Virus record (IMG/VR): IMGVR_UViG_3300014533_000149
Reading direction: 5' to 3' (one strand)
Source: a virus
Lineage: Duplodnaviria; Heunggongvirae; Uroviricota; Caudoviricetes
DNA: 38,497 nucleotides
The translations under genes and the position numbers were made by a program. The notes under the pieces were generated by a model, which worked only from the letters and a program-made list of their open reading frames with translations, was not told where the DNA came from and did not search any database. Positions 18,827 to 27,404 of the stretch are shown one piece after another; position 1 is the first letter of the stretch, and every line of letters starts with the position of its first letter.

Positions 18827-19162
18827 TTACACGCCCAGTTCTTTACGCTTATCTGCGATCTTCTCGCGGAGCGTTTCGGCTTTGGCGTTATGGTGTGGCT
18901 TCTCGTTAAAGAGCAATTCGTACTCTTCACGGAGCTTATCCAGTTCACCATCATCTGACACATCGTTGATGATTTTGGTGCTGGTTGCTGCCATAGACAC
19001 CTTTCCTGCTACCTTTGCTTTTGCCTGTCTGGCTGCATCGTTAACAGGTTCCAGTGCGCTACCAGGCTCACCTTCGTATTCGATTTCTGCCCCCTCCGGC
19101 CACAGTGTGTTATGGATATGAGAGAGGCGCAGAACGCGGTATCTTGGTTTCTCACCTGACAT
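18827..19162 (-). CDS. Hypothetical structural-module protein
   Basis: 111 aa from ATG 19162 with SD AAGGTGA. Confidence 0.45.
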   Translation of the reverse strand: MSGEKPRYRVLRLSHIHNTLWPEGAEIEYEGEPGSALEPVNDAARQAKAKVAGKVSMAATSTKIINDVSDDGELDKLREEYELLFNEKPHHNAKAETLREKIADKRKELGV

Positions 19163-19172
19163 CGATATCACC

Positions 19173-19610
19173 TTAACCAGTTACTTTTGAGCGGATCGGG
19201 TACGGTGTATTGGCATCAACATCCAGACTGATACCCGCAGTGAATTTGCCGGCTGTTAGTGGGCCAGTTGCGACGGAGTAGTTAACACGCAGATATCGCT
19301 GAACACCGGCAGGCACCTTTGCAGAAACAACTCGTTTACCTGCTGTCAGGGTAGCCTTTGCCAGTGCGCCACTATCATAAATAGTGGACCATGAGCTGTT
19401 ATTCTCACTCGTCTGCAACTGGATGTTTACAGTTGCCTCACCACTTGCCGTGGCGGCTTCGTTAACCAGCACCCAAAACTCAAGCGGATAACCCACGCCG
19501 ATATCGCGACGGTTTCCATCAATTGGACCGAGATCGATTACGTCAGTAGAAGCCGCGGTATTCGTAACCGCCTGAGCTTCGGAGAACATCAACAGTTTGT
19601 CGGTGATCAT
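19173..19610 (-). CDS. Hypothetical capsid-associated protein
   Basis: 145 aa; SD GGAGAAAG; directly downstream of the major capsid gene. Confidence 0.5.
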   Translation of the reverse strand: MITDKLLMFSEAQAVTNTAASTDVIDLGPIDGNRRDIGVGYPLEFWVLVNEAATASGEATVNIQLQTSENNSSWSTIYDSGALAKATLTAGKRVVSAKVPAGVQRYLRVNYSVATGPLTAGKFTAGISLDVDANTPYPIRSKVTG

Positions 19611-19661
19611 CTTCTTTCTCCATTAGTGGGCCTGTTGCGGCCCACAGGTTAATAACAGGCG

Positions 19662-20648
19662 TTACACCACGCGGGCTTCTGTTTCCAGAAGCGCATCAGT
19701 TTCACGGATTGGTACACCACGGAATGAAGTCCACCACTCGCCTTCAGTCTCTTTTACGCTGATAGCCAGAGATGTTTTCTCCAGAGATTGCAGATCAAGA
19801 GCCTGGCCTACAGTGCGGTTCATGTAGAACACCGGGCGGCCCATGCCACGGTTTGGAATGCGATGCAGTGCTTTAACCATCAACTTCGCAATATTTGCGG
19901 CAGAGGAAGGTTCTGAAAGATTGTTGACATCGATGTTTGCAATGCGAACAACATAACGCCAGTCACGCAGAGCAAGTCCGTTATCCCATTTATAATGGGT
20001 GCGATAGCCTTCGTACTTGCCGCCATTAGCATCTTCCAGTGTCACCTGGCCTTTATCTTCCATCTGGATGCCAGCCTTCTGCCCTTTCGGGAAGATACCA
20101 TGCACGGTGTTTTCGCCCCACACCACTAACCAGATTGAGGTGTTATCTGTACCCGTGCCACCAGCATCAATGATGTTCTGAGCATTACCCGCAGACAGGC
20201 TGGAATAGCGGGAGGACAATCCCATAAACTGCTGAGGGTTAACGCTGGAATCACCATAAAACAACGTCTGCGCCATCTGCTGATTCATCGCTTCAATAAA
20301 TGCGCGGTCTTCAGACAGGCGGAATTCGGCGGTATTACCGTTCAGATCAGCCAGTGACTTATCGACTTCAGCATAGGTTTCCAGCATGCCAACGGAATCG
20401 GTTACCTGCACTGTGGTTGATTTGCTTGGCTGTACGCCATAGTTCAGCAAACGCCAGGTAGCTGAAGGTAAACCAGAACGAATGGTGGTTCGGTGTCCGG
20501 TAGGAAGGTTCCCTTCGACAAAAGGCATATCCTGAAGGATCGGGTTAGTTTGACCGAGAAGCTCGATAATCTTATCGACTTTCCCGTTTGGATCGACGCG
20601 CTTACCCCAGTCAGCCAGCGTTAGCGCAGTTAAGCCTTTAACAGCCAT
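19662..20648 (-). CDS. Major capsid protein
   Basis: About 328 aa from the second ATG (SD AGAGGA at good spacing); size and position after the scaffold-like gene fit a major capsid protein. Confidence 0.7.
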   Translation of the reverse strand: MAVKGLTALTLADWGKRVDPNGKVDKIIELLGQTNPILQDMPFVEGNLPTGHRTTIRSGLPSATWRLLNYGVQPSKSTTVQVTDSVGMLETYAEVDKSLADLNGNTAEFRLSEDRAFIEAMNQQMAQTLFYGDSSVNPQQFMGLSSRYSSLSAGNAQNIIDAGGTGTDNTSIWLVVWGENTVHGIFPKGQKAGIQMEDKGQVTLEDANGGKYEGYRTHYKWDNGLALRDWRYVVRIANIDVNNLSEPSSAANIAKLMVKALHRIPNRGMGRPVFYMNRTVGQALDLQSLEKTSLAISVKETEGEWWTSFRGVPIRETDALLETEARVV

Positions 20649-20662
20649 TGTCATTTCCTCTC

Positions 20663-21358
20663 TTATTTGCCATAGAGCACTTCGGCCGCACTACGCTGGC
20701 CTTCATTACCACCGGTGACCATGCCATCTTCAGACATCGCCTTTCCGATTTTCACGAACGTTTTGACCAGATCAGGGTGATTACCCAGCCCGGTGGTGTT
20801 CAGATATTCTTTGAGTTCAGGTGTCCCGAACTGGTCAAGCGCACGCTGTGCGGCGCTAAGGTTAGAAATCAACTTGTCGCCACCGATTTCTTTGTCAGCT
20901 TTTACATCCGTAGCCCACTGCTCGGTTGTTTTCTGCCAGGCTTCTGCCTGGCGCTGCTGAACACCTGCCAGAATCTTCGGATAAGCATCAACCAGCTTTT
21001 GCGCTTGCTCGTTGGTCAGGTTTAGTTCTCGCGCCACCGGCTCGAATTCCTTCAACGCTTCTGTATCCAGCTCTACGCCTTCGGCAGCCTGAAACTCGTA
21101 CTTCTCAGGCGCACCCTCTGGTTTATCGCCGTCCTTTTTTTCATCCTGCTTATCGTTTTCAGGCTTTTTGTCATCAGCAGGTTTATCGCCATCAGCAACA
21201 GGTTGTGGCTTATCACCTTCCGGTTGTGATGGATCACCAACTGGAGCAGGGTTATCACCTGCAGGCGCTGACGGTTCTGACGCAGCCGGAGCTGCTCCAC
21301 CATCGACTGGTTGCTCATTGCAAAGACGGCGATACAGCAAACGCTCAAATAAATTCAT
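20663..21358 (-). CDS. Scaffolding-like protein
   Basis: 231 aa from ATG 21358 (SD GGAG); acidic, Pro/Asp/Lys-rich low-complexity N-terminus and helical C-terminus; between portal and capsid. Confidence 0.55.
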   Translation of the reverse strand: MNLFERLLYRRLCNEQPVDGGAAPAASEPSAPAGDNPAPVGDPSQPEGDKPQPVADGDKPADDKKPENDKQDEKKDGDKPEGAPEKYEFQAAEGVELDTEALKEFEPVARELNLTNEQAQKLVDAYPKILAGVQQRQAEAWQKTTEQWATDVKADKEIGGDKLISNLSAAQRALDQFGTPELKEYLNTTGLGNHPDLVKTFVKIGKAMSEDGMVTGGNEGQRSAAEVLYGK

Positions 21359-21360
21359 GA

Positions 21361-21657
21361 TCACTCCTGTTCACTGGCCTCTTTGGCCATCTTCAAATAC
21401 TGTTCAGGGCAATGCGCCATAACGCGCTGAAACAGTTCCAGCGCCAGATTGCGTTGCCCCTCATTAAATGCCATTGCCATAGCGTCCATCGGTGAGATAG
21501 CGGAAAACACCCGGCCTTTCTCCAGCACAGACCAGACAACGCGACGCCCCTGTTCACTGCTCATGACAAAGCGAATGTCATCAATTTCACGCTGTGCCAT
21601 GTCACGTTGCTTACGGGCGTTTTCTTCTTTCAGTTGATCATCTTCGTAATCTGTCAT
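21361..21657 (-). CDS. Hypothetical small protein between portal and scaffold
   Basis: 98 aa; ATGA overlap with the portal stop; SD GGGTGGG. Confidence 0.5.
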   Translation of the reverse strand: MTDYEDDQLKEENARKQRDMAQREIDDIRFVMSSEQGRRVVWSVLEKGRVFSAISPMDAMAMAFNEGQRNLALELFQRVMAHCPEQYLKMAKEASEQE

Positions 21658-23333
21658 TGTGATTGCCCACCCTGACCACTAACTGCATTCGCCATAGCTG
21701 ACAAAACACTCGGATCCGAAGTTTTAGCTTCGCTTAGCGTCTTGGCACCCTGTGCCGCCGCCATCCCCATCGCCATCATTTGTTGCTGCTGTTGTTGCTG
21801 TGCCCGTTGCTGGCGAGCCTGCTCAACCTGTTCCTGCGGAACAATGAAGGTTGGAGACACTCCGGACATATCAGCGAATGCATCGATCGCCTGATCAACA
21901 TTGAGTTTGTCGAGAGCTTCTGGTTTCGCTTGCGCAAGTTGACCAATGAAGTTGACCGTAGACGCCAGACTGGACAGGCCGATAGACTTCTGCGCCTGAG
22001 CCATGACAGAAATGTATTCGACCTTCAGGGGCATACCTTCCATCGCGTCAGGCGGTGGCGGCAGCATGTTTTTACGCACCATCATCGAGAAAGCGCGGTC
22101 AATGAGAGGATTAAGACATTCGTCGTTCAGACGCTCCAGAACCGGCCCCAACATCAGAAGTTTTTCTTCTTTCATTTCGATCACCGCTTCAACAGGCATC
22201 GAGCGGGTATTGATGTTCTGCAACATCATGAACAGATCGACAAAGTAGGCGCTGTTAATGATTTGACGCGTGTCCTGAATGTCTGCCACCAAATCTGCTG
22301 TACTGGGGTTAACCAGATAAGCAGGCCTGAAACCATCCTGACCAGTAATCTGATCGATATACGTGATGTCGCCAGGAAGAAGGGAGGCACGCTGATTCTT
22401 GAGGGAAGTCGGAGCAACCATCGGAGGATTGGTGGCTTTATCAATCAACTGCGACTTGCGCTTCTGGAGAAGCTGTAATGCCTTAACAGGTCCAAGCGCC
22501 AGCATACCCGGGCATGATGATCCATAAACATCTTCGCCGTTAACTTCCCAGCGCGGAGCCATAATTGGAAACTCATCGAATCCGGACTCACGCAACAACT
22601 TGTCGTTATCACCGCCAACCTCGTAATAAACCGATTTGAATGGCTTGTTCTTGCCATCCAGCTTCGATGTATCGCGGTCAATGTTCGGGTAAACCGAATG
22701 CATCACTTCAATCCACTTCTCGTAGGTGCCGCTTTCCCACATGCTTTTTACGGATTCGCTGACGTTATTTAGCCCGAACTCCTGAACAAGCTGACGAACA
22801 GTCATAGAGAACTTGCGAAAACAGGTGTCCACACTGCCACGAGGTGAGTTAGCCAGGTAGTAACTGCCTATAGGGAATGGCATTGTGCGAATGATGTCCT
22901 CGTCATCCTCCAGCACCGCCATTGCACCAGTGCTGTATGTGCCGAGGCTTCCGTATAACTGCGGCAGCGACTGATAGAGATTCGACTTATTGAACATATC
23001 GTTCATGCGGTTCTGCACCGCCTCAAGCCACAACTTAACAGGGCCATAATCCATCATTTCAGGATCTGGCGTAGCCAGGCGAAACCACGGACGCGCGGGG
23101 CTTGTGATGCCTGACATCATGCCGCTAGCGAGAGTGCGCGCCGCCATAGTCCCGGTCGAATCAATAATGCGTGTATTCCGTCGATCGTTACGGTTGACCT
23201 CAGAAGTCAGAAAGCGGGAACCACGCGGGTTGATGTAATCACTCAACTCGCGCCAGTGCGGCTCGAACGACTGACGCTCGCTTTCAAGTTGTGCGAACTG
23301 TTTGTTCAATCGCTCTTTAGTTGTTTCCGCCAT
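21654..23333 (-). CDS. Portal protein
   Basis: 559 aa with Gln/Ala-rich C-terminal tail; immediately downstream of the terminase genes in the late operon; SD GGAG. Confidence 0.7.
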   Translation of the reverse strand: MAETTKERLNKQFAQLESERQSFEPHWRELSDYINPRGSRFLTSEVNRNDRRNTRIIDSTGTMAARTLASGMMSGITSPARPWFRLATPDPEMMDYGPVKLWLEAVQNRMNDMFNKSNLYQSLPQLYGSLGTYSTGAMAVLEDDEDIIRTMPFPIGSYYLANSPRGSVDTCFRKFSMTVRQLVQEFGLNNVSESVKSMWESGTYEKWIEVMHSVYPNIDRDTSKLDGKNKPFKSVYYEVGGDNDKLLRESGFDEFPIMAPRWEVNGEDVYGSSCPGMLALGPVKALQLLQKRKSQLIDKATNPPMVAPTSLKNQRASLLPGDITYIDQITGQDGFRPAYLVNPSTADLVADIQDTRQIINSAYFVDLFMMLQNINTRSMPVEAVIEMKEEKLLMLGPVLERLNDECLNPLIDRAFSMMVRKNMLPPPPDAMEGMPLKVEYISVMAQAQKSIGLSSLASTVNFIGQLAQAKPEALDKLNVDQAIDAFADMSGVSPTFIVPQEQVEQARQQRAQQQQQQQMMAMGMAAAQGAKTLSEAKTSDPSVLSAMANAVSGQGGQSQ

Positions 23334-23347
23334 TTCAATGACTCCGG

Positions 23348-23554
23348 TTACTGACCAAGTAGCGTTTTACCGCTGGTATTAGCGGTTGATGTGTCGCCCT
23401 GAGAACCGGTAAGCAGCGTAGAACTACGACCAGCAGCAGCGCGACGGCGACGAGTTTCTTCGTCGCGGGCATCAACAACGGCGGCATCCTGCTCCTGTGG
23501 TGCTGCCTGAACTTCTGGTGTTGCAGGCACTGATGGTGAGCTACCCATGCACAT
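23348..23554 (-). CDS. Hypothetical small protein (68 aa), doubtful
   Basis: Low-complexity ORF; its start region shares a 12-mer (TCAATGACTCCG on the plus strand) with the portal start region. Confidence 0.25.
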   Translation of the reverse strand: MCMGSSPSVPATPEVQAAPQEQDAAVVDARDEETRRRRAAAGRSSTLLTGSQGDTSTANTSGKTLLGQ

Positions 23555-23643
23555 ATCAATGACTCCGTACGCAATTAAATTATTACCAATTTAACCACAT
23601 ATGATTTATTTATCGTAGGAGGTTGACATTTAACGCACGAATT

Positions 23644-23660
23644 ATTACCTTTCAGGTAAT
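23644..23660. promoter_or_regulatory. Operator-like palindrome ATTACC-TTTCA-GGTAAT
   Basis: Perfect dyad upstream of the portal-proximal part of the late operon. Confidence 0.5.
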
Positions 23661-23980
23661 CAAAAAGTTCATTCCGGTTACTAACCTGACTGGCTTGTCG
23701 TTAAATTGAACAGGTGGAGTGAGCTTTTATTTTGAGCAGTACGGCGTATGGCACATGCGCCGATAGCGGTCTGGGTACGTTTAAGGGGCACCCTCCCTTG
23801 CTCGGGCAAACGAACCAGGTAGCCGGAATGTGCAAGTCGAGCGGTTTTATTCCGCGCACGGGGATTCACCATCCCGGCGATTCGGTGTGACGCCTCGGAA
23901 GAGACGAGGTACAACGATGAGAGCATTTATGGATCCGCGACAAAGTGTGGCGCCTTAACAGGCTAAGTGCTCTCAGCGTT

Positions 23981-24057
23981 GTGGCATTAGCTCAGTTGGA
24001 CAGAGCAACCGCCTTCTAAGCGGTTGGTCGCAGGTTCGAATCCTGCATGCCACGCCA
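23981..24057 (+). tRNA. tRNA-Arg (anticodon UCU)
   Basis: 77 nt; cloverleaf by hand: acceptor GTGGCAT/ATGCCAC, D-stem GCTC/GAGC, anticodon stem ACCGC/GCGGT with loop CTTCTAA, T-arm GCAGG-TTCGAAT-CCTGC, 3' CCA; differs from E. coli argU in stems as recalled. Confidence 0.85.
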
Positions 24058-24100
24058 GAATCACGCCTAAGGACCGTGATGCCAGAAGTTCCAAGTGCTT

Positions 24101-24144
24101 GGCGGTGATGGTTTCCCTTGAAGGACTATCACCGCCCTTTTTAC
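24101..24144 (+). terminator. Rho-independent terminator downstream of the tRNA
   Basis: GGCGGTGAT...ATCACCGCC stem followed by CTTTTT. Confidence 0.55.
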
Positions 24145-24220
24145 AGCAGGACGCCATTGCGATGACTTCATGCTGTAAACCCGTACAGCCACGGAAGGCA
24201 TAACTCATTGCTTCCAGTTC

Positions 24221-24245
24221 GCCCACTTCAGTGGGCTTTTTTTTC
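24221..24245 (+). terminator. Rho-independent terminator
   Basis: GCCCAC-TTCA-GTGGGC followed by 8-9 T. Confidence 0.65.
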
Positions 24246-24257
24246 TAGTGACTACTG

Positions 24258-24274
24258 ATTACCTTATGGGTAAT
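24258..24274. promoter_or_regulatory. Operator-like palindrome ATTACC-TTATG-GGTAAT
   Basis: Perfect dyad ~30 bp upstream of the 24306 start. Confidence 0.5.
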
Positions 24275-24305
24275 ATGCTGCAAACAAATAACACAAGGCC
24301 GTGAC

Positions 24306-25196
24306 ATGCTTGACTTCATCCGTGACATTTACTCCTCTTTCCGCCAAGCATCTCTTGAGCGGGTGAAAAGCCCGTTCCTTGGGGCATTTGTTTTTTCCTG
24401 GCTTTGCTTTAATTGGCAGATGTTAGCAATTCTATTTTTTAGTTCTAAGGATATTGAAAAGCGCCTTGCTATTATTAATGGCTCTTTCGGCATCGTCAGC
24501 TTTTTAATTGCGCCAATATGCACTACAGCATTGATAGTTATCCTTTTACCGCAAATTAATAAATTAATTACAATAATACAAGATAAACCTAACTCAGACA
24601 CAATTGAAATGAGCCTTGCATCTAAAATAAAGATCGCCGAACTGCAGCAACTATTAGCAGAAAATGAAGCAAGAAAGAAACTTGCTGATAAAAAAGAAGA
24701 ACGCTTCATTGAAGAGAATATTATTTCAATAAAAAAAGACCATGAAAAAGCAATAGATAACCTTAAAGACAAAGAAAGTAAAATCTTAAATCTCACGGAC
24801 ACAATAACTGAACTTCAGAGCAAACTGGTTAAAGCTGAGGCCACTCTCAAAGTTGAACAGGAGTCAAGATCCCAAGTGCAGAATGAATTGATTATTGAAA
24901 AAGAGAACAAGCGGAAATTAGAAGACAACATTCTGCACCTTAATTTAAGTTTAAAAAAAAACCAATCAGAATTGGCCATTGCAAAAGAAGCCTATGATAA
25001 TACCTTGATGGCTTATAATGAACTTAACACAACATTAAAAAAAGCAGAAAGCTCAATAATAAACTTCAATGCTAACTTTCCTTTTTTAACTGACATAAAT
25101 AACAGCACCCCAAATACATACTTAAAAATAAATAAAAATGCATGGGAGCATTTAGTTAGTTTAAATTTAAGTCTAAAGGAGAAAATACAAAAATAA
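24306..25196 (+). CDS. Membrane-anchored coiled-coil protein (moron; candidate exclusion/abortive-infection function)
   Basis: 296 aa; two hydrophobic helices in the first ~90 aa then a long Lys/Glu/Leu-rich coiled-coil-like region; strongly AT-rich; opposite strand to the flanking late genes. Confidence 0.55.
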   Translation: MLDFIRDIYSSFRQASLERVKSPFLGAFVFSWLCFNWQMLAILFFSSKDIEKRLAIINGSFGIVSFLIAPICTTALIVILLPQINKLITIIQDKPNSDTIEMSLASKIKIAELQQLLAENEARKKLADKKEERFIEENIISIKKDHEKAIDNLKDKESKILNLTDTITELQSKLVKAEATLKVEQESRSQVQNELIIEKENKRKLEDNILHLNLSLKKNQSELAIAKEAYDNTLMAYNELNTTLKKAESSIINFNANFPFLTDINNSTPNTYLKINKNAWEHLVSLNLSLKEKIQK

Positions 25197-25219
25197 ATAA
25201 CCAATCCACTATGGCATAT

Positions 25220-26689
25220 TTACTCATACGGGTCATAATCTATTATAGCCTTACCCTGCTGCTGGCGCGGATCATTAAGTTTTTTTGTGACCGGAAAAGC
25301 AAACGTCAGCAGTAGCGCATCGCCTTTACCCGGCGAACGCCCAAGCCGCTCCTTGATATCTTCCTTCGGTTCGATAACGATTTTACCGTCCACTCGAACT
25401 TTGTACTCTGCCGCCGACAGGTCGTCCGCTGTTTCCTGGTCATCCAGCATGCCGCCCAGCCTCAGCCATGTCTTGCATGAGTTGAACATCTCCCCACGCT
25501 TGTTGAGCATCTGCGGGTCAGTAGACGCGCCACCGAACGGAACAAGTTGCCACGTCCGCCCCCAGCCGTCACCGATGGACTTCAGCCCGGTGCCGTAACC
25601 AAAGTCGATAAACACCGCATCAGCCTGGTACTGGTCTTCAAAGTCGGCGATGCGCTTCGCCATAATCAGATCGTCAGTGGTCTTGTTTCCCGTCCAGAGG
25701 ACTTTGCTGTGCAGCCCCTGTCGCAGGTATATCACCGCGTCATCCACGCCGGAATACGCCGGGTCGACGCCAATAATCACCGGAGCGTGCGCCACCTGCG
25801 CAGCGGTCACGACGCGCTTCATCGCCTCATCGGTCAGCCCGGTCGGGATGAACTGCAGTTCTGACGCGTCAGGGAAGATCCCCCGCACACGGACCTTCAC
25901 GAAGTCGCTGTCCTCGCCATGGTCTTCAATCCATTTTTGAATCTGCTCTTTGTTCGTTCCTTCGACGGTACGGCTGTCGATCTGCTTCGTAACCCAGCGG
26001 TGTTTATATTTGCGGAAGCATTCCCTGAAACGCCCGGAGTTACGCGTAGGGTTTCCGAACGCTACCCAGATGATTTCCGTGTCTTCGTCCGTCAGCGCAC
26101 CCTCGGCCACCTCCCAAACTTTATCAGCAATGTTTGACGCCTCATCGAATACCACGATGATCCGCTTACGCTCGTTGTGCAGGCCGGCGAACGCCTCGGT
26201 GTTGTGCTCAGACCACGGGATTGCGTCAGCGCGCCAGCGTTTATCGTGGCCCGGATCATTGCTGTACATGGCTGTTGCTGGGGTAGAGAACCAGTCTTTC
26301 GTGATGGACAGGTTTGCCCACTTAATCACTTCAGGCCATGTCTTGGTACGCAGCTGATTTTCGGTGTTGGCAGTGACTACTGCTTTGCAGTCTTCGCAGG
26401 TTGACATACCCCAGTTCAGGAGCATGGAAATACCCGCACTTTTCCCTATGCCGTGGCCTGAAGAAACGGCAATCATCAGCGGCTGATGACGGGTTTCTGG
26501 GTTCCTGAGGTGCTCACCAACCGTATCGAGCATCCATCTTTGCCAGTTTCTTGGTCCGGATGCATGCGCCAGCTCTGTACCCTCTTCCCCCCACGGGAAC
26601 GCATAGAGGGCATAGCCAAGCGGATCGTGAGTGAACCCTGCTATATCCTCGATCAACTGCTCTTCAGGAGATAACGATGTATCTGTCAC
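25220..26689 (-). CDS. terL: Terminase large subunit
   Basis: 489 aa; Walker A-like SSGHGIGKSAG and acidic nuclease-like C-terminal half; GTG start overlapping the terS stop (GTGA) with SD AGGATGG. Confidence 0.8.
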   Translation of the reverse strand: MTDTSLSPEEQLIEDIAGFTHDPLGYALYAFPWGEEGTELAHASGPRNWQRWMLDTVGEHLRNPETRHQPLMIAVSSGHGIGKSAGISMLLNWGMSTCEDCKAVVTANTENQLRTKTWPEVIKWANLSITKDWFSTPATAMYSNDPGHDKRWRADAIPWSEHNTEAFAGLHNERKRIIVVFDEASNIADKVWEVAEGALTDEDTEIIWVAFGNPTRNSGRFRECFRKYKHRWVTKQIDSRTVEGTNKEQIQKWIEDHGEDSDFVKVRVRGIFPDASELQFIPTGLTDEAMKRVVTAAQVAHAPVIIGVDPAYSGVDDAVIYLRQGLHSKVLWTGNKTTDDLIMAKRIADFEDQYQADAVFIDFGYGTGLKSIGDGWGRTWQLVPFGGASTDPQMLNKRGEMFNSCKTWLRLGGMLDDQETADDLSAAEYKVRVDGKIVIEPKEDIKERLGRSPGKGDALLLTFAFPVTKKLNDPRQQQGKAIIDYDPYE

Positions 26690-27282
26690 TGATTACCATC
26701 CTGACGTTCTTTGAGTCGCTTCCTGGCTGCTGCTATGCGATCAGCAATTGTCACATTCACATTAACATCCAGACGTTCTTTGAACGCGTTGACATCAACA
26801 TGCTTACCAATCAGCTCAAGGTTCTTCACCTTGTCAGGCCATTTAATTTTTTTGAGGATTGTCTCTATCGAATCCTCGTTCATGTTCATGATGGTCGATG
26901 ACAGATCAAAGCCACTAAGCGTAGTGCGCCAGATTTTCGGCCACTCACGGATTGGTTTAAGGCTCCCATCGTCGTTGAGGATGTCGATCACGTCCATCTG
27001 GTCGATCTCCACCAGGCGCATGAGAACGTAATCAGCACTGACGCGCATTCGTTTGTTGCGCTCCTCCATCAACTCGGCAATCCGTTTTTGAATGCGTTCA
27101 TCGCGCATCATGACACTGGCTTTAACTGCCGCTGTATTTGGAGAGAATCCTGCGTTAATCGCTGCCTGAGTCTGGTTTTCAGGCGTTTTGATGTATGACT
27201 GGCAATAAGCCTCCTGCATTGCTGTTAGTGGCTTAAATTGCGTTGATTTGCGTTTATAGGTTTTAGGTTCAGCAGGCATCAT
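26686..27282 (-). CDS. terS: Terminase small subunit
   Basis: About 198 aa from ATG 27282; small-terminase-like N-terminal DNA-binding region; directly upstream of terL. Confidence 0.65.
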   Translation of the reverse strand: MMPAEPKTYKRKSTQFKPLTAMQEAYCQSYIKTPENQTQAAINAGFSPNTAAVKASVMMRDERIQKRIAELMEERNKRMRVSADYVLMRLVEIDQMDVIDILNDDGSLKPIREWPKIWRTTLSGFDLSSTIMNMNEDSIETILKKIKWPDKVKNLELIGKHVDVNAFKERLDVNVNVTIADRIAAARKRLKERQDGNQ

Positions 27283-27289
27283 AACCACC

Positions 27290-27321
27290 GTGGTAATAGT
27301 TACCGTTGTGGTAATAGTACC
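27290..27321. repeat. Tandem direct repeats GTGGTAATAGTTACC / GTGGTAATAGTACC
   Basis: Two copies 18 bp apart immediately upstream of terS; each contains a GGTAAT half-site in everted arrangement. Confidence 0.5.
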
Positions 27322-27322
27322 A

Positions 27323-27351
27323 TGCAAAATAAAGCCGCCATAGTTGGCGGC
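27323..27351 (-). terminator. Rho-independent terminator between early/nin genes and the late operon
   Basis: On the minus strand GCCGCC-AACTAT-GGCGGC followed by TTTATTTTG. Confidence 0.6.
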
Positions 27352-27392
27352 AGTATTCAAAACCCATCAAATTCATCATGCATAATCTACTC

Positions 27393-27404
27393 GTGACATG
27401 TCAC
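27393..27404. repeat. Perfect 12-bp palindrome GTGACATGTCAC (copy 2 of 2)
   Basis: Identical to 7076..7087; overlaps the stop codon of the 27401..27742 gene, ~110 bp upstream of terS. Confidence 0.5.

Noticed and set aside
21654-21720. Poly-Gln tract at the portal C-terminus as a distinct feature
   Set aside because: It is a short low-complexity tail inside a normal CDS, with no sign of slippage or frameshifting.
23681-23926. 81-aa minus-strand ORF upstream of the tRNA
   Set aside because: No RBS, and it lies in an interval that looks non-coding and structured.
23981-24057. tRNA-Arg as the host argU gene marking a prophage boundary
   Set aside because: Acceptor and anticodon stems differ from E. 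coli argU as I recall it, and phage genes continue on both sides (terL, portal). It is a phage-carried tRNA inside the element.
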